IMG/VR virus record: IMGVR_UViG_2636415525_000002
Coordinates: 1-64,000 of that record
Direction: 5' to 3' (one strand)
Length of the DNA stretch: 64,000 nt
Source: a virus
Taxonomy: Duplodnaviria; Caudoviricetes
Shown here: positions 39,122-47,611 of the stretch, in pieces
Position numbering within the stretch: the first letter of the stretch is position 1
Layout of the letters: every line of letters begins with the position of its first letter
The notes under the pieces: generated by a model
What the model saw: only the letters and a program-made list of their open reading frames with translations
Databases searched by the model: none
Told to the model about the DNA's origin: nothing
Position numbers and translations under genes: made by a program

Positions 39122-39563
39122 ATCGGAAACTGAACGATGTATTGACTCGGCTGGTCATCGGATGCGTCAGGAACCACTCATCGCTTCCAGTGATTAGGCA
39201 GACACGGCCCCGATTTCACCGCTCCAGGTGGTTTGATTTTATCGCGACATACATGAAGGTCTCCGACAGGCACCCGGATCAGAACTTCGCGGAACTCGTC
39301 CCGCGTCCGCGCCACCACTTGGACATGCAATTGACGTGGCGTCAAAAACCGCTAAGGCCACCCATCGGATCCGAGCGTCGGAGCCGCGTGCTTCGTAGCG
39401 TGAACACGCCTCGCAGTCGCCCACGCCAAACTCGTGCTCGTCCGGCGAACAAAAGAGCATCGATGTGCATCCACGTTGACCCAATTGGGTTACATAGCGG
39501 TTACACGAGCATGCCGACAGAGGACGGGGAATTCGAAAATTTCAGCTAAGGTACTGATTTGAC

Positions 39564-39608
39564 TGGCCCGCCCTACACGATTCGAACGTGTGACCTACGG
39601 CTTAGAAG
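39564..39608 (-). other. att site: 45-bp 3' half of tRNA-Arg(TCT)
   Basis: Reverse complement is CTTCTAAGCCGTAGGTCACACGTTCGAATCGTGTAGGGCGGGCCA (anticodon loop, T arm, CCA). The 5' half is absent. Confidence 0.88.
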
Positions 39609-39754
39609 AACGGTAGTTTGCAAATCGATGGGAGCGGAAGCGTTGCTGGGTAACGATCTGAAGCGGTAGCCACCCCTAAGTCGGCTGCGCTTTCGCATCC
39701 ATTTTAGCCATTTCGCAGGCATTCAGGGCACACTTTGGGCACACTCCGAGAACT

Positions 39755-39955
39755 TCATTCCGGGCGCTCCGCCAAGCTGGTTCGCCAGTCCCCGACAAAC
39801 CCGAACGTCGGCGCTGGCTTGGGCTCCGAAAACCAGAAATCTGTATAGACGGCGACATTCGGGGCAAGGAACCAGTGCGCTTCTCCGTTGGCGTCCATTG
39901 CCCACCAGCGGGCGTTCTTCGGAGCCTTCTTCCAATCGATCTCGGGTTTGTCCAT
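39755..39955 (-). CDS. Small phage protein
   Basis: GGAGG RBS. IDWKKAPKNARWWAMDANG...DWRTSLAERP. Confidence 0.7.
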   Translation of the reverse strand: MDKPEIDWKKAPKNARWWAMDANGEAHWFLAPNVAVYTDFWFSEPKPAPTFGFVGDWRTSLAERPE

Positions 39956-39989
39956 GCGACCTCCATCGTGACGGTGGAAGTCTAGACGA

Positions 39990-40466
39990 TCAGTGAGGCG
40001 CCGTCAGGGCATCATAGTCGCGCTCGCACTGCTGGCCGGCGATGCGGGCACGGTCAGCGTACTCTGCCAGTTCGCCCGCGCGCTGATCAGCGCGGCCGAG
40101 CACGTCGGCAAGCAGATCGAGGGCGTCGCCGGCTGCCTGGCTTCCGGCGGTAACGGCGGGATGGCGGGCGGCTGCGACGAGCTGATCGACGCGCTGCTGC
40201 AGGCTGCCAGCGGCAGCACGAGCAGCAAAAGCATCCGCGAGTGCGGCCGTGCGTTGTTGGTTCGCATCGTTTGCAATCTCCTGTTGAGCCGCGGTGCGGC
40301 GTTGTTCCACGGTGCGCGCCGCCTCGACGGCGTCGAGCTGCGCCTTCTGCACGGTGGCGACCGTCGTGCGCACGCCGTCGGCGTGTCCCTTGAAGTACCC
40401 GCCGGCGAGGCCGACGACGGCCGCCGCGATCACGGCCAGCCAAACTCGGGGATCGAACCAGGTCAT
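39990..40466 (-). CDS. Rz-like i-spanin (DUF2514-like)
   Basis: N-terminal TM (MTWFDPRVWLAV...), coiled coil and ADRARIAGQQCERDYDAL. Lysis-cassette position. Confidence 0.82.
   Translation of the reverse strand: MTWFDPRVWLAVIAAAVVGLAGGYFKGHADGVRTTVATVQKAQLDAVEAARTVEQRRTAAQQEIANDANQQRTAALADAFAARAAAGSLQQRVDQLVAAARHPAVTAGSQAAGDALDLLADVLGRADQRAGELAEYADRARIAGQQCERDYDALTAPH
40004..40276 (-). CDS. Rz1-like o-spanin lipoprotein nested in Rz
   Basis: LLLLVLPLAAC lipobox, Pro-rich PPAIPPLPPEARQP, alternative frame inside Rz. Confidence 0.72.
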   Translation of the reverse strand: MQTMRTNNARPHSRMLLLLVLPLAACSSASISSSQPPAIPPLPPEARQPATPSICLPTCSAALISARANWQSTLTVPASPASSASATMMP

Positions 40467-41008
40467 TTCCGCTCCTTCGCATGCAATTGCTTCAGCTCGT
40501 CCGGTGAGTAGACGAAGCCCGGCAGCAGGAACGCCTGCACGCTCCAGACCGGGTCGCTTTCCTCGTGCCGGCCGTGATCCCTGCCTCGGTGATGGAGCGC
40601 GCACAGCAGCAGTTGGTTGTAGGTCGAATCGACGAACGCCTCCGGCCGGGCCGGGTCGAACGCCTCCCAGTCGAAGCCCTGCGTCAGCTTGATCACGTCC
40701 CAGACCGGGTGCTGGCGCGGGATCGGCACGATGCGCTGCAGCTTGTGGCTGAACATCGTGTCGACCTCGTTGAGCGCGACGCCGCGGATCCACTTCCAGT
40801 CGATCGCGTGCGAGAACGCCCACTCGAAGAACCGATGGTGCGACTCGACCGCCTGGTCGTCGCCGCAGACCGCGCAGACGTAGCCGCCGGCCGCCTTCAT
40901 CGCGCGCTTGCTCGCGCGGAACGTCGACGATTCGGTACGGGGCTCGTGGTCGGGATAGAAGACGTCCTCGGCGAGCGTACGCCGCGTCTCGTGAGTTTTC
41001 GTCGTCAT
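40463..41008 (-). CDS. Phage protein with HNH-like Cys/His motifs
   Basis: CAVCG...ESHH ... LLLCALHHRG..HG.H. Overlapping start/stop on both sides. Confidence 0.7.
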   Translation of the reverse strand: MTTKTHETRRTLAEDVFYPDHEPRTESSTFRASKRAMKAAGGYVCAVCGDDQAVESHHRFFEWAFSHAIDWKWIRGVALNEVDTMFSHKLQRIVPIPRQHPVWDVIKLTQGFDWEAFDPARPEAFVDSTYNQLLLCALHHRGRDHGRHEESDPVWSVQAFLLPGFVYSPDELKQLHAKERK

Positions 41009-41502
41009 AGGTCACGCTCGCACAATGCGCGCTCTTCGGCGCGACGTTTCACCAGACCCGGCAGCACGCGGCCGCCGGCCGTCACCCACTGCTGCCGGCC
41101 GTTGTCCGCCTCGTTCATTGCGCGGCATGCGCCCTTCCAGTCGCCCACGGTGAACCGCTTCGCCGTCGTGCTGCCGCAGTACGCGCCAGCTCCGACGTTG
41201 TAGGCGAAGCTCACGGCGGCCGCGAGCTGGTACGTGTGCCCCTTCAGGCCTGGCGTGCACTTCAGCACTGGCTCGGCGTGCTCGATGAGGCGCTGCTCGA
41301 GGCGCGCGCGGCACTCCTCGGGTGTGAAGCGCTGGCCGGCCCGCACGTCCTTCGTGTCGCCGTTGCATGCCGTGATGATCCCGATCGGGTCGGGTCGCGC
41401 GACGAGTTCGAGCCCCTCGAACTTCGGGACCATGGAAAAAAGAAGGGCTGCCGCAGCAGCCCCCACAACACCCGCCAGTGTCTTCTTCGGTACGTTAGCC
41501 AT
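41005..41502 (-). CDS. Endolysin (GH24 lysozyme, SAR-type)
   Basis: Ala/Gly-rich N-terminal helix, FEG...DPIGIITAC.G catalytic E-D-T spacing, SFAYNVG and LPGLVKRR. Confidence 0.92.
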   Translation of the reverse strand: MANVPKKTLAGVVGAAAAALLFSMVPKFEGLELVARPDPIGIITACNGDTKDVRAGQRFTPEECRARLEQRLIEHAEPVLKCTPGLKGHTYQLAAAVSFAYNVGAGAYCGSTTAKRFTVGDWKGACRAMNEADNGRQQWVTAGGRVLPGLVKRRAEERALCERDL

Positions 41503-41677
41503 CGAGCAGTGCCCTCTTCCCTTTGTTCTTGACCAGGTAGTACGCCTGCAGCCCGATGTACGCGATCGTCGCGACGGCCACCCACCAGTTGATGTCGTGG
41601 CCAGTCAGCCACAACCAGAAATTGCCTCCCACCGCCGGCGCCGCCTTGGCTGCGCTTACCGCGAGATCGTTCTTCAT
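41495..41677 (-). CDS. Holin
   Basis: 60 aa with a TM segment and basic C-terminus, directly upstream of the endolysin. Confidence 0.7.
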   Translation of the reverse strand: MKNDLAVSAAKAAPAVGGNFWLWLTGHDINWWVAVATIAYIGLQAYYLVKNKGKRALLDG

Positions 41678-41843
41678 CGAGTCCCCGAAATGAAAAAGAA
41701 AAGCCGCCCGGAGGCGGCGGCGAAATATTCTTGACCATCAGACCCAATAGGTCTACATTACTGGGCAGCGGTAGCGCATTCGCGTAGCCCGACACCCCGA
41801 AAGGAAACGACCATGAAACTCACTTTCCGCGCGCGCCCCGCGC

Positions 41844-42140
41844 GTGCCTACCTCCATGCCGATCAAGTACACACCTCCCGGAACTCGGGATCTCGCGACG
41901 CTCAAGCACGAGCTGAACATGACCGGCAAGCAGATGGCCGATCTGTTCTGGCTGGCCGGCGATCATCAGTGGCGCAAGTACACGGGCGGCCAGTCTCCGC
42001 GGGAGCTGAGCCCACACATGGCGTTTGTGGCGGCGGCGAAGCTCACGCTCGCGGAGGACGACTTCGCTCGCATCCTCGCGAAGATGGCGACGTTCGGCGC
42101 GCACGTCGAGGAGGCGCCCGATGGAGAGCCGCAGCCGTAG
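41844..42140 (+). CDS. Small HTH-type phage regulator
   Basis: DLATLKHELNMTGKQMADLFWLAGDHQWRKYTGG resembles an XRE-like HTH. Confidence 0.65.
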   Translation: MPTSMPIKYTPPGTRDLATLKHELNMTGKQMADLFWLAGDHQWRKYTGGQSPRELSPHMAFVAAAKLTLAEDDFARILAKMATFGAHVEEAPDGEPQP

Positions 42141-42142
42141 CG

Positions 42143-42880
42143 ATGGCCCTTGGCTGCAGTGCAGCCCTGACCGCGTGCGGAGGCGGCGGTGATGGCAGTG
42201 GCCAGCCCACCGCGCCCACGACACACCCCGATCCCGCGCCGAGCACCTCTCCTTCACCTTCGAAGACCGTCAAGATCGCGATGTATGGCGATTCGACTGC
42301 ATTCGGCACGACGTTCGAAGCCGGCGTGTATGTCCAGTCACCGCACAACGAACCCGCATCGATTCAATTCGCCCTTCAGCAGAAGTTCGGCGCCGCAGTG
42401 ACGGTCGAGAATCGCGGCGTGCCAGGATCGACCTGCGGTCAGTGGCTATGGGGGCAGCGCGACGTCAAACAGGCGTGGACGGTCGAGATGGCGAAGTCCG
42501 ACGCGCAAATCGTCACGATGAACTGCGCGATCAACGACGCCTTCCTGCCGAACGAGACCGACCAGGACTTCCAGTACGTCTACGGCCAGTTCGCGCAGAT
42601 CGCCCGCCAGTACGGGAAAGCATTCGTGATCATCACGCCGAACCCGATCGACGATCCGCACAACGTCCGTTTGGAGGAGCTCGTGCGTAGTCAGCACTAC
42701 GTCGCGCAGCTTCAACAGGTCGAGATCATCGACCAGTGGAGCACGATTCAGCAGGCAATGCCGAACTGGCAGGCCAATCTGCCCGATCGGATTCATCCGA
42801 ACGACGCTCTGTACGAATACATGGCGCAGATTTCTTCTGCAGCCCTGGACAGCCTGGTGGCCAGATATCTGTCCGATTGA
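42143..42880 (+). CDS. SGNH/GDSL hydrolase lipoprotein
   Basis: LTAC lipobox, YGDST (block I), NRGVPG, INDA and DRIHP (block V). Start uncertain because the frame is open from 41813. Confidence 0.8.
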   Translation: MALGCSAALTACGGGGDGSGQPTAPTTHPDPAPSTSPSPSKTVKIAMYGDSTAFGTTFEAGVYVQSPHNEPASIQFALQQKFGAAVTVENRGVPGSTCGQWLWGQRDVKQAWTVEMAKSDAQIVTMNCAINDAFLPNETDQDFQYVYGQFAQIARQYGKAFVIITPNPIDDPHNVRLEELVRSQHYVAQLQQVEIIDQWSTIQQAMPNWQANLPDRIHPNDALYEYMAQISSAALDSLVARYLSD

Positions 42881-42893
42881 ATGGTGCGACGAC

Positions 42894-44018
42894 ATGAGAG
42901 GTCGATATGGCAAAATGCACCGAATTTCACGCGATCTCTCATCCCTGATGCACCGGAATAATTTCGATTTCCTGCGGCTGTTCGCAGCGCTTCTAGTTGT
43001 TGTCGGGCATGCCTATGGAATCATGGCGCGCGAACAGCCGACATTGCTCGGTCCGCAAATTTCGGTGCTCGGGCTGATTATCTTTTTCTCGATCAGCGGC
43101 TACCTTGTAACGCGTAGTTGGGCCAACGACCCGTCGCTTGGCCGGTTTCTTATAAAGCGTGCGCTCCGGATTTTTCCGGGGCTGATCGTTGCAATCTCGG
43201 TGACGACCTTCATCATTGGACCGATCGCATCGGGCCTGCCGTTGATGTCATATCTGACATCCAGCGACACCTATGCCTACCTCCTGAACGGCGTCCTCCG
43301 TTATACCTACGGACTGCCCGGCCTATTCATTGGCAACCCGATCTCAGGGGCAGCAAACATCTCGCTCTGGAGCCTTCCAGTCGAATTCTCTCTCTACCTG
43401 GCAACCCCTCTCGTAGCCGTGCTTGCGATGCGTCGTCACGCATTGGCACTCGCGCTACTGACGGCTACTCTCGCGCTTTCCTCCATCTACCTCGCGTATT
43501 ACTACCGGGGACAGCATCCGGTTTTCTACGGAACGGATCTGATCGCCGCCTCGGGAATGGCCTTCTTCTTTACCTCAGGTGCATTTTTCGCGGCATCTCG
43601 GAGCAAATTCTATCTACCGATTGCGTGCCTCCTATTCGCTGGCTGGCTCATTGAACCGCGATATTTCGAAGGCATTTTGCGATTCCCTGTCGCGATGCTT
43701 GTCGCATTCGCAATACCCTACGTTGTCTTGACTATTGGAATGCGATCGTGGCCAATAATTCGGCGTGCTGGTAGATTCGGTGACGTATCGTATGGCATCT
43801 ATCTCTATGCCTTTCCAGTCCAACAAATCATTGCGCAGCATCTCGCGGGGAAGATCCCTGTAGGCCTTTCGATCGTTCTGTCGCTGGTAGTCGTCATTCC
43901 GATCGCCTTCGCCTCCTGGCATCTCGTCGAGAAACGAGCCATGAAGGCGAAGGGAAGGGAGATCAGTCGGCAACCGGCGAGGACATCCCCTGTTGAGCCA
44001 AATGAGGCAGTGCGTTGA
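42894..44018 (+). CDS. Acyltransferase-3 family membrane O-acyltransferase
   Basis: NNFDFLRLFAALLVVVGH, FFSISGYL, RALRIFPGL, WSLPVEF, SYGIYLY and SWHLVEK. Confidence 0.9.
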   Translation: MRGRYGKMHRISRDLSSLMHRNNFDFLRLFAALLVVVGHAYGIMAREQPTLLGPQISVLGLIIFFSISGYLVTRSWANDPSLGRFLIKRALRIFPGLIVAISVTTFIIGPIASGLPLMSYLTSSDTYAYLLNGVLRYTYGLPGLFIGNPISGAANISLWSLPVEFSLYLATPLVAVLAMRRHALALALLTATLALSSIYLAYYYRGQHPVFYGTDLIAASGMAFFFTSGAFFAASRSKFYLPIACLLFAGWLIEPRYFEGILRFPVAMLVAFAIPYVVLTIGMRSWPIIRRAGRFGDVSYGIYLYAFPVQQIIAQHLAGKIPVGLSIVLSLVVVIPIAFASWHLVEKRAMKAKGREISRQPARTSPVEPNEAVR

Positions 44019-44145
44019 AGAACGCTGCAAAACGAGGATCGGTGAGATCGACCTGCCCTTGATGGGGGAAAGTCTCGCTGTCTTGCTCGTTTGCAAATAC
44101 AGCGATGATGATCTTCTCGTCTGCGTCAGAAAACTGTACGAACAT
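43963..44145 (-). CDS. Small tail-fibre-associated protein
   Basis: GAGGAG RBS, directly follows the tail fibre gene. MFVQFSD...DPRF. Confidence 0.6.
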   Translation of the reverse strand: MFVQFSDADEKIIIAVFANEQDSETFPHQGQVDLTDPRFAAFFNALPHLAQQGMSSPVAD

Positions 44146-44154
44146 GTCAGCTCC

Positions 44155-45576
44155 TCAAAATTCGTAGCTAGCGACGCCCATCGTGAACGTCGGCGTCCCC
44201 GCCGATGATGTCGCCGTGTAATAGAGCGTCTGCGATACAGTGATCGGCAGATCCTTGTAGTTCGTCGAGATGCCGCCCGACGCGCTCACGCTATTGTTCA
44301 ATCCCTGAATGCCGACACCCGTCGATGCCGCATAGACGATGATCGACGAGTTCGGCGTCGACGACGTCGACGACACGGACATCGTTCCAGAAACCTTGCG
44401 TGCGTTCGGCGGCACGGCGCCCGAGATCGACAATGCTGTCGGCGATGCCTGCGTGGTGCTCGTCGTCAGCACCGTGACGGACGGGATCGAGATGGCCCGA
44501 TCGACCTGCGCGCCCACGATGAACTGGCCGCTCCCGTTCGTCGGCCACACGCTCACGAGCGCCGACGCCGTGTAGCCACTCGGCATGTTGGCGCCACCGT
44601 AGACGTTCGGCTGCACCGCGCTCGTTGCGTTCCTCGCGAGCAGTGCGCTTGCTCCGGTCGTAGGGTTGTAGATCGCGTAGAGCGCAACGTAGCCGCTCAC
44701 CGGCGCGCTGCCCGTGTCCATGCCGCCCGCGCCGGTCGTCGCGAGGTTGATCGTCTTGCTGAAACTGGCGAGCCGGTAGAAGCCGCCACCGAGCGCGGTT
44801 TCGACGACGATCTCATCAGCAGTGAAGGTCGCTGACGCGCTCGCTGCCGACACGTTCATGCTGGCGTTGCGCATGGCTCCGACGACGCCGCCGGATGTCC
44901 GCTGCGCGGTACTTGCAAATGGCAATTGAGCGCTTCCGCCAGTCGCAACCCATTGGCTCGGCGAAATCGCGACCAAGAGAAGGTTATCGCCCGGCCCGAC
45001 AACGACACTAGTGGCATTGCCTCCGCAAAGAATTGAATCTGAGCCTGCCCGAGTCACCGTGACCGAAGTGTTGCCGGCATTGGAATTGTTGAACAAGAAC
45101 GATCCGCCAGCAGGCATTGCAGAGCACGATGGAAGCGTGAAAGTCGACGCGGAACTTCCCCAAAAATTGATGACTGAGCCAGATTGCGAAGCCGTGAGAG
45201 TCTGACTCGACGTGTATGCATAGAATGCTTGGAAATTGCCAAGCGACCGCTGCGCGAATGCCGTCGTCGCGAGCTTCGTGCTGTTGTCGAACTGGGCGGC
45301 CGTGATGCCAGCCGCATTGATCGCCGCTTGAAGATTCGCCAGCAGCGTCGCGGTCGTGCCGTCGTCGATGGCGTTCTGGCCGGAAAAGTTGGCAGTGAAC
45401 TGCCCGAGCACCGCCGCCATGATCGAGCTTTGGCGCCACACCTTGTTGAGTTGCGCCGACAATGCAGTGCCGGACTGAAATCCCGCCAGGCGCGCAGTGA
45501 GCGCCGCGTACGTCGCCTGGTCGATAACGTTCGGGGAACTGCCGCCGCCGAATACGAGAAAGTCGCTGGTTGCCAT
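44155..45576 (-). CDS. Tail fibre protein
   Basis: GFQSGTALSAQLNKVWRQ N-terminal motif, DNSTKLATTAF repeat, position after the baseplate genes. Confidence 0.85.
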   Translation of the reverse strand: MATSDFLVFGGGSSPNVIDQATYAALTARLAGFQSGTALSAQLNKVWRQSSIMAAVLGQFTANFSGQNAIDDGTTATLLANLQAAINAAGITAAQFDNSTKLATTAFAQRSLGNFQAFYAYTSSQTLTASQSGSVINFWGSSASTFTLPSCSAMPAGGSFLFNNSNAGNTSVTVTRAGSDSILCGGNATSVVVGPGDNLLLVAISPSQWVATGGSAQLPFASTAQRTSGGVVGAMRNASMNVSAASASATFTADEIVVETALGGGFYRLASFSKTINLATTGAGGMDTGSAPVSGYVALYAIYNPTTGASALLARNATSAVQPNVYGGANMPSGYTASALVSVWPTNGSGQFIVGAQVDRAISIPSVTVLTTSTTQASPTALSISGAVPPNARKVSGTMSVSSTSSTPNSSIIVYAASTGVGIQGLNNSVSASGGISTNYKDLPITVSQTLYYTATSSAGTPTFTMGVASYEF

Positions 45577-45597
45577 CAATGCTCCGAGCAAAAAAAA

Positions 45598-46902
45598 GGT
45601 TCATCGCAGAAAACCGTGGAGCCTTGGAGAACGATTGCGTAACCTGACGCCTGATTTTATGGATGTCAGGAGGCGGAATTGCTCGATCGCAAGGCACTTC
45701 AGGCACTAGGTTGCTGGACAGGCTATCGGCTGGAGCGGGTGGAGTGGCCGCAGGGCGATAGCCGCACGCTGTCGCTCTACCTGAAGCCGGTCAGTCGGAT
45801 CATGTACTGCGAGCAATGCGGTGCGCGTTGCCAGCAGATTCATGAAACGACCGTACGGCGGGTACGTGATCTGCCGTTGTTCGAGTACCGGGTGGTGCTG
45901 CACGTGCCTCGACGCCGAGTCTGGTGCGAACGCTGCGGCGCAGCGCGGCTGGAGAAGCTGGACTGGCTGGGCCGCTACCAGCGGGTGACGGAGCGGTTTG
46001 CCCAGGCCTGCGAGAAGTTGCTGCAGGCCGCCAGCGTACAGGCCGTGGCGGCCTTCTACGATCTGGGCTGGCACACGGTCAAATCGATCGACAAGATGCG
46101 CTTGCGCGCGCGCGTGGCCGAACCGGACTGGTCGACGATCCGTTATCTGGCGATGGACGAGTTCGCGCTCCATAAAGGCCATCGCTACGCCACGGTGGTG
46201 GTTGATCCGATCGGCCGGCAGGTCCTCTGGGTTGGGCCCGGACGGTCACGCGAGACGGCGCGCGCCTTCTTCGAACAACTCCCCGAAGGCGTGGCCGAGC
46301 GCATCGAAGCGGTCGCAATCGACATGACCACGGCCTATGAGCTGGAGATCAAGGAACAGTGCCCGCAGGCGGAAATCGTCTTTGACCTGTACCACGTCGT
46401 GGCCAAGTACGGTCGCGAGGTGATCGATCGGGTACGGGTGGATCAGGCCAACCAACTGCGACATGACAAGCCGGCCCGCAAGGTTCTGAAGTCCAGTCGC
46501 TGGTTGCTGCTGCGCAACCGTCATAACCTGAAGCCAGAACAGGCCGTGCATCTGAAGGAACTGCTGGCGGCCAATCAGTCGCTGTTATGCGTCTATGTGC
46601 TGCGCGACGAGCTCAAACGGCTCTGGTTCTACCGCAAGCCGGCCTGCGCGGAAAAGGCTTGGGGGCAATGGTTCGAACAGGCTCAGCAAAGCGGGATCGC
46701 CGCCTTGCAAAAGTTCGCCCAGCGCTTGCAGGGTTACTGGCACGGAATCGTGGCCCGCTGCCGCCATCCGCTCAATACCAGCGTCGTCGAAGGCATCAAC
46801 AACACGATCAAGGTCATCAAGCGCCGAGCTTACGGGTACCGCGACGAGCAATACTTCTTCCTCAAGATCCGCGCCGCGTTCCCCGGGATTCCGCGATGAA
46901 CC
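45598..46902 (+). mobile_element. ISL3-family insertion sequence (1305 bp)
   Basis: IRs GGTTCATCGCAGAA / TTCCGCGATGAACC, flanked by A8 direct repeats at 45590-45597 and 46903-46910. Confidence 0.93.
45679..46899 (+). CDS. ISL3 transposase
   Basis: CEQCG zinc finger, MDEFALHKGH, IDM, FDLYHV and EGINNTIKVIKRRAYGYR. Confidence 0.95.
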   Translation: MLDRKALQALGCWTGYRLERVEWPQGDSRTLSLYLKPVSRIMYCEQCGARCQQIHETTVRRVRDLPLFEYRVVLHVPRRRVWCERCGAARLEKLDWLGRYQRVTERFAQACEKLLQAASVQAVAAFYDLGWHTVKSIDKMRLRARVAEPDWSTIRYLAMDEFALHKGHRYATVVVDPIGRQVLWVGPGRSRETARAFFEQLPEGVAERIEAVAIDMTTAYELEIKEQCPQAEIVFDLYHVVAKYGREVIDRVRVDQANQLRHDKPARKVLKSSRWLLLRNRHNLKPEQAVHLKELLAANQSLLCVYVLRDELKRLWFYRKPACAEKAWGQWFEQAQQSGIAALQKFAQRLQGYWHGIVARCRHPLNTSVVEGINNTIKVIKRRAYGYRDEQYFFLKIRAAFPGIPR

Positions 46903-46928
46903 AAAAAAAAGCCGCCCGAAGGCGGCTT
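46903..46928 (-). terminator. Rho-independent terminator whose U tract is the ISL3 target
   Basis: Plus strand AAAAAAAAGCCGCCCGAAGGCGGCTT. Confidence 0.7.
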
Positions 46929-46948
46929 GCAGACAATTCAGTTGGGCG

Positions 46949-47611
46949 TTAAACGGGACGGCTCCAGGCTCCGGCGTCGAACCCGGCCACGAGCTCATTG
47001 CTCATGTCGAATCCGAAGAGCGGCGATCCGTCAACAGTCGTCACGATCGTGTAATTGATCCGAACACCTTCGGGTTTCAGGGGGATGTATCCGCCGGAAA
47101 GCAGTGCGAGGAACGTCGCCGGCGGGACCTTCCCGGCGATGCCGATCGTCATCGACATGTCCTGGTGGTCCTCGATGAACACTTGCGTGTCGGCGTCGAA
47201 GATGCTGTTCAGGATTGCGGCGGACTGCTCGAGCGTCCCGTCCCAGTGGTTCGCGCCGATCTTCGCGCGGATGACCAGACGGTACGTGTCGTCATCGAGC
47301 ACCGTCAGGCCCGTGTCCGGATCGAACGGACCCTTCCAGATCCCCTGATCGAAGCCGAGCCCGGCGATGTCGAACGAAAAGTAGATGCCGGTCAGCGGCG
47401 TCCGGATTCGCCGCGACACGCCCACCCACAACCCGACCGTATCGAGCTGATCGCCAACGGCGACGTCTAGGTCGAACTTGCCGGGCATGCTCGCGAGTAA
47501 ATTCATCTGGTCGACGAGCGGTTGCACGAGCACGCCGAGGGTCGACATGAACCTCGGTTTGTCGCTGTGCTCGGACGTGATCAGCGCGGTGTAATCGTTC
47601 AGGTCGGCCAT
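46949..47611 (-). CDS. Baseplate wedge protein (DUF2612-like)
   Basis: AVGDQLDTVGLWVGVSR, LDDDTYR and DHQDMSM. Confidence 0.82.
   Translation of the reverse strand: MADLNDYTALITSEHSDKPRFMSTLGVLVQPLVDQMNLLASMPGKFDLDVAVGDQLDTVGLWVGVSRRIRTPLTGIYFSFDIAGLGFDQGIWKGPFDPDTGLTVLDDDTYRLVIRAKIGANHWDGTLEQSAAILNSIFDADTQVFIEDHQDMSMTIGIAGKVPPATFLALLSGGYIPLKPEGVRINYTIVTTVDGSPLFGFDMSNELVAGFDAGAWSRPV

Noticed and set aside
39181-39484. Possible eroded integrase C-terminus
   Set aside because: Only faint resemblance across several frames, not supportable without a translated search.
39564-39608. Intact tRNA-Arg gene
   Set aside because: Only the 3' half from the anticodon loop is present, so it is treated as an att duplication.
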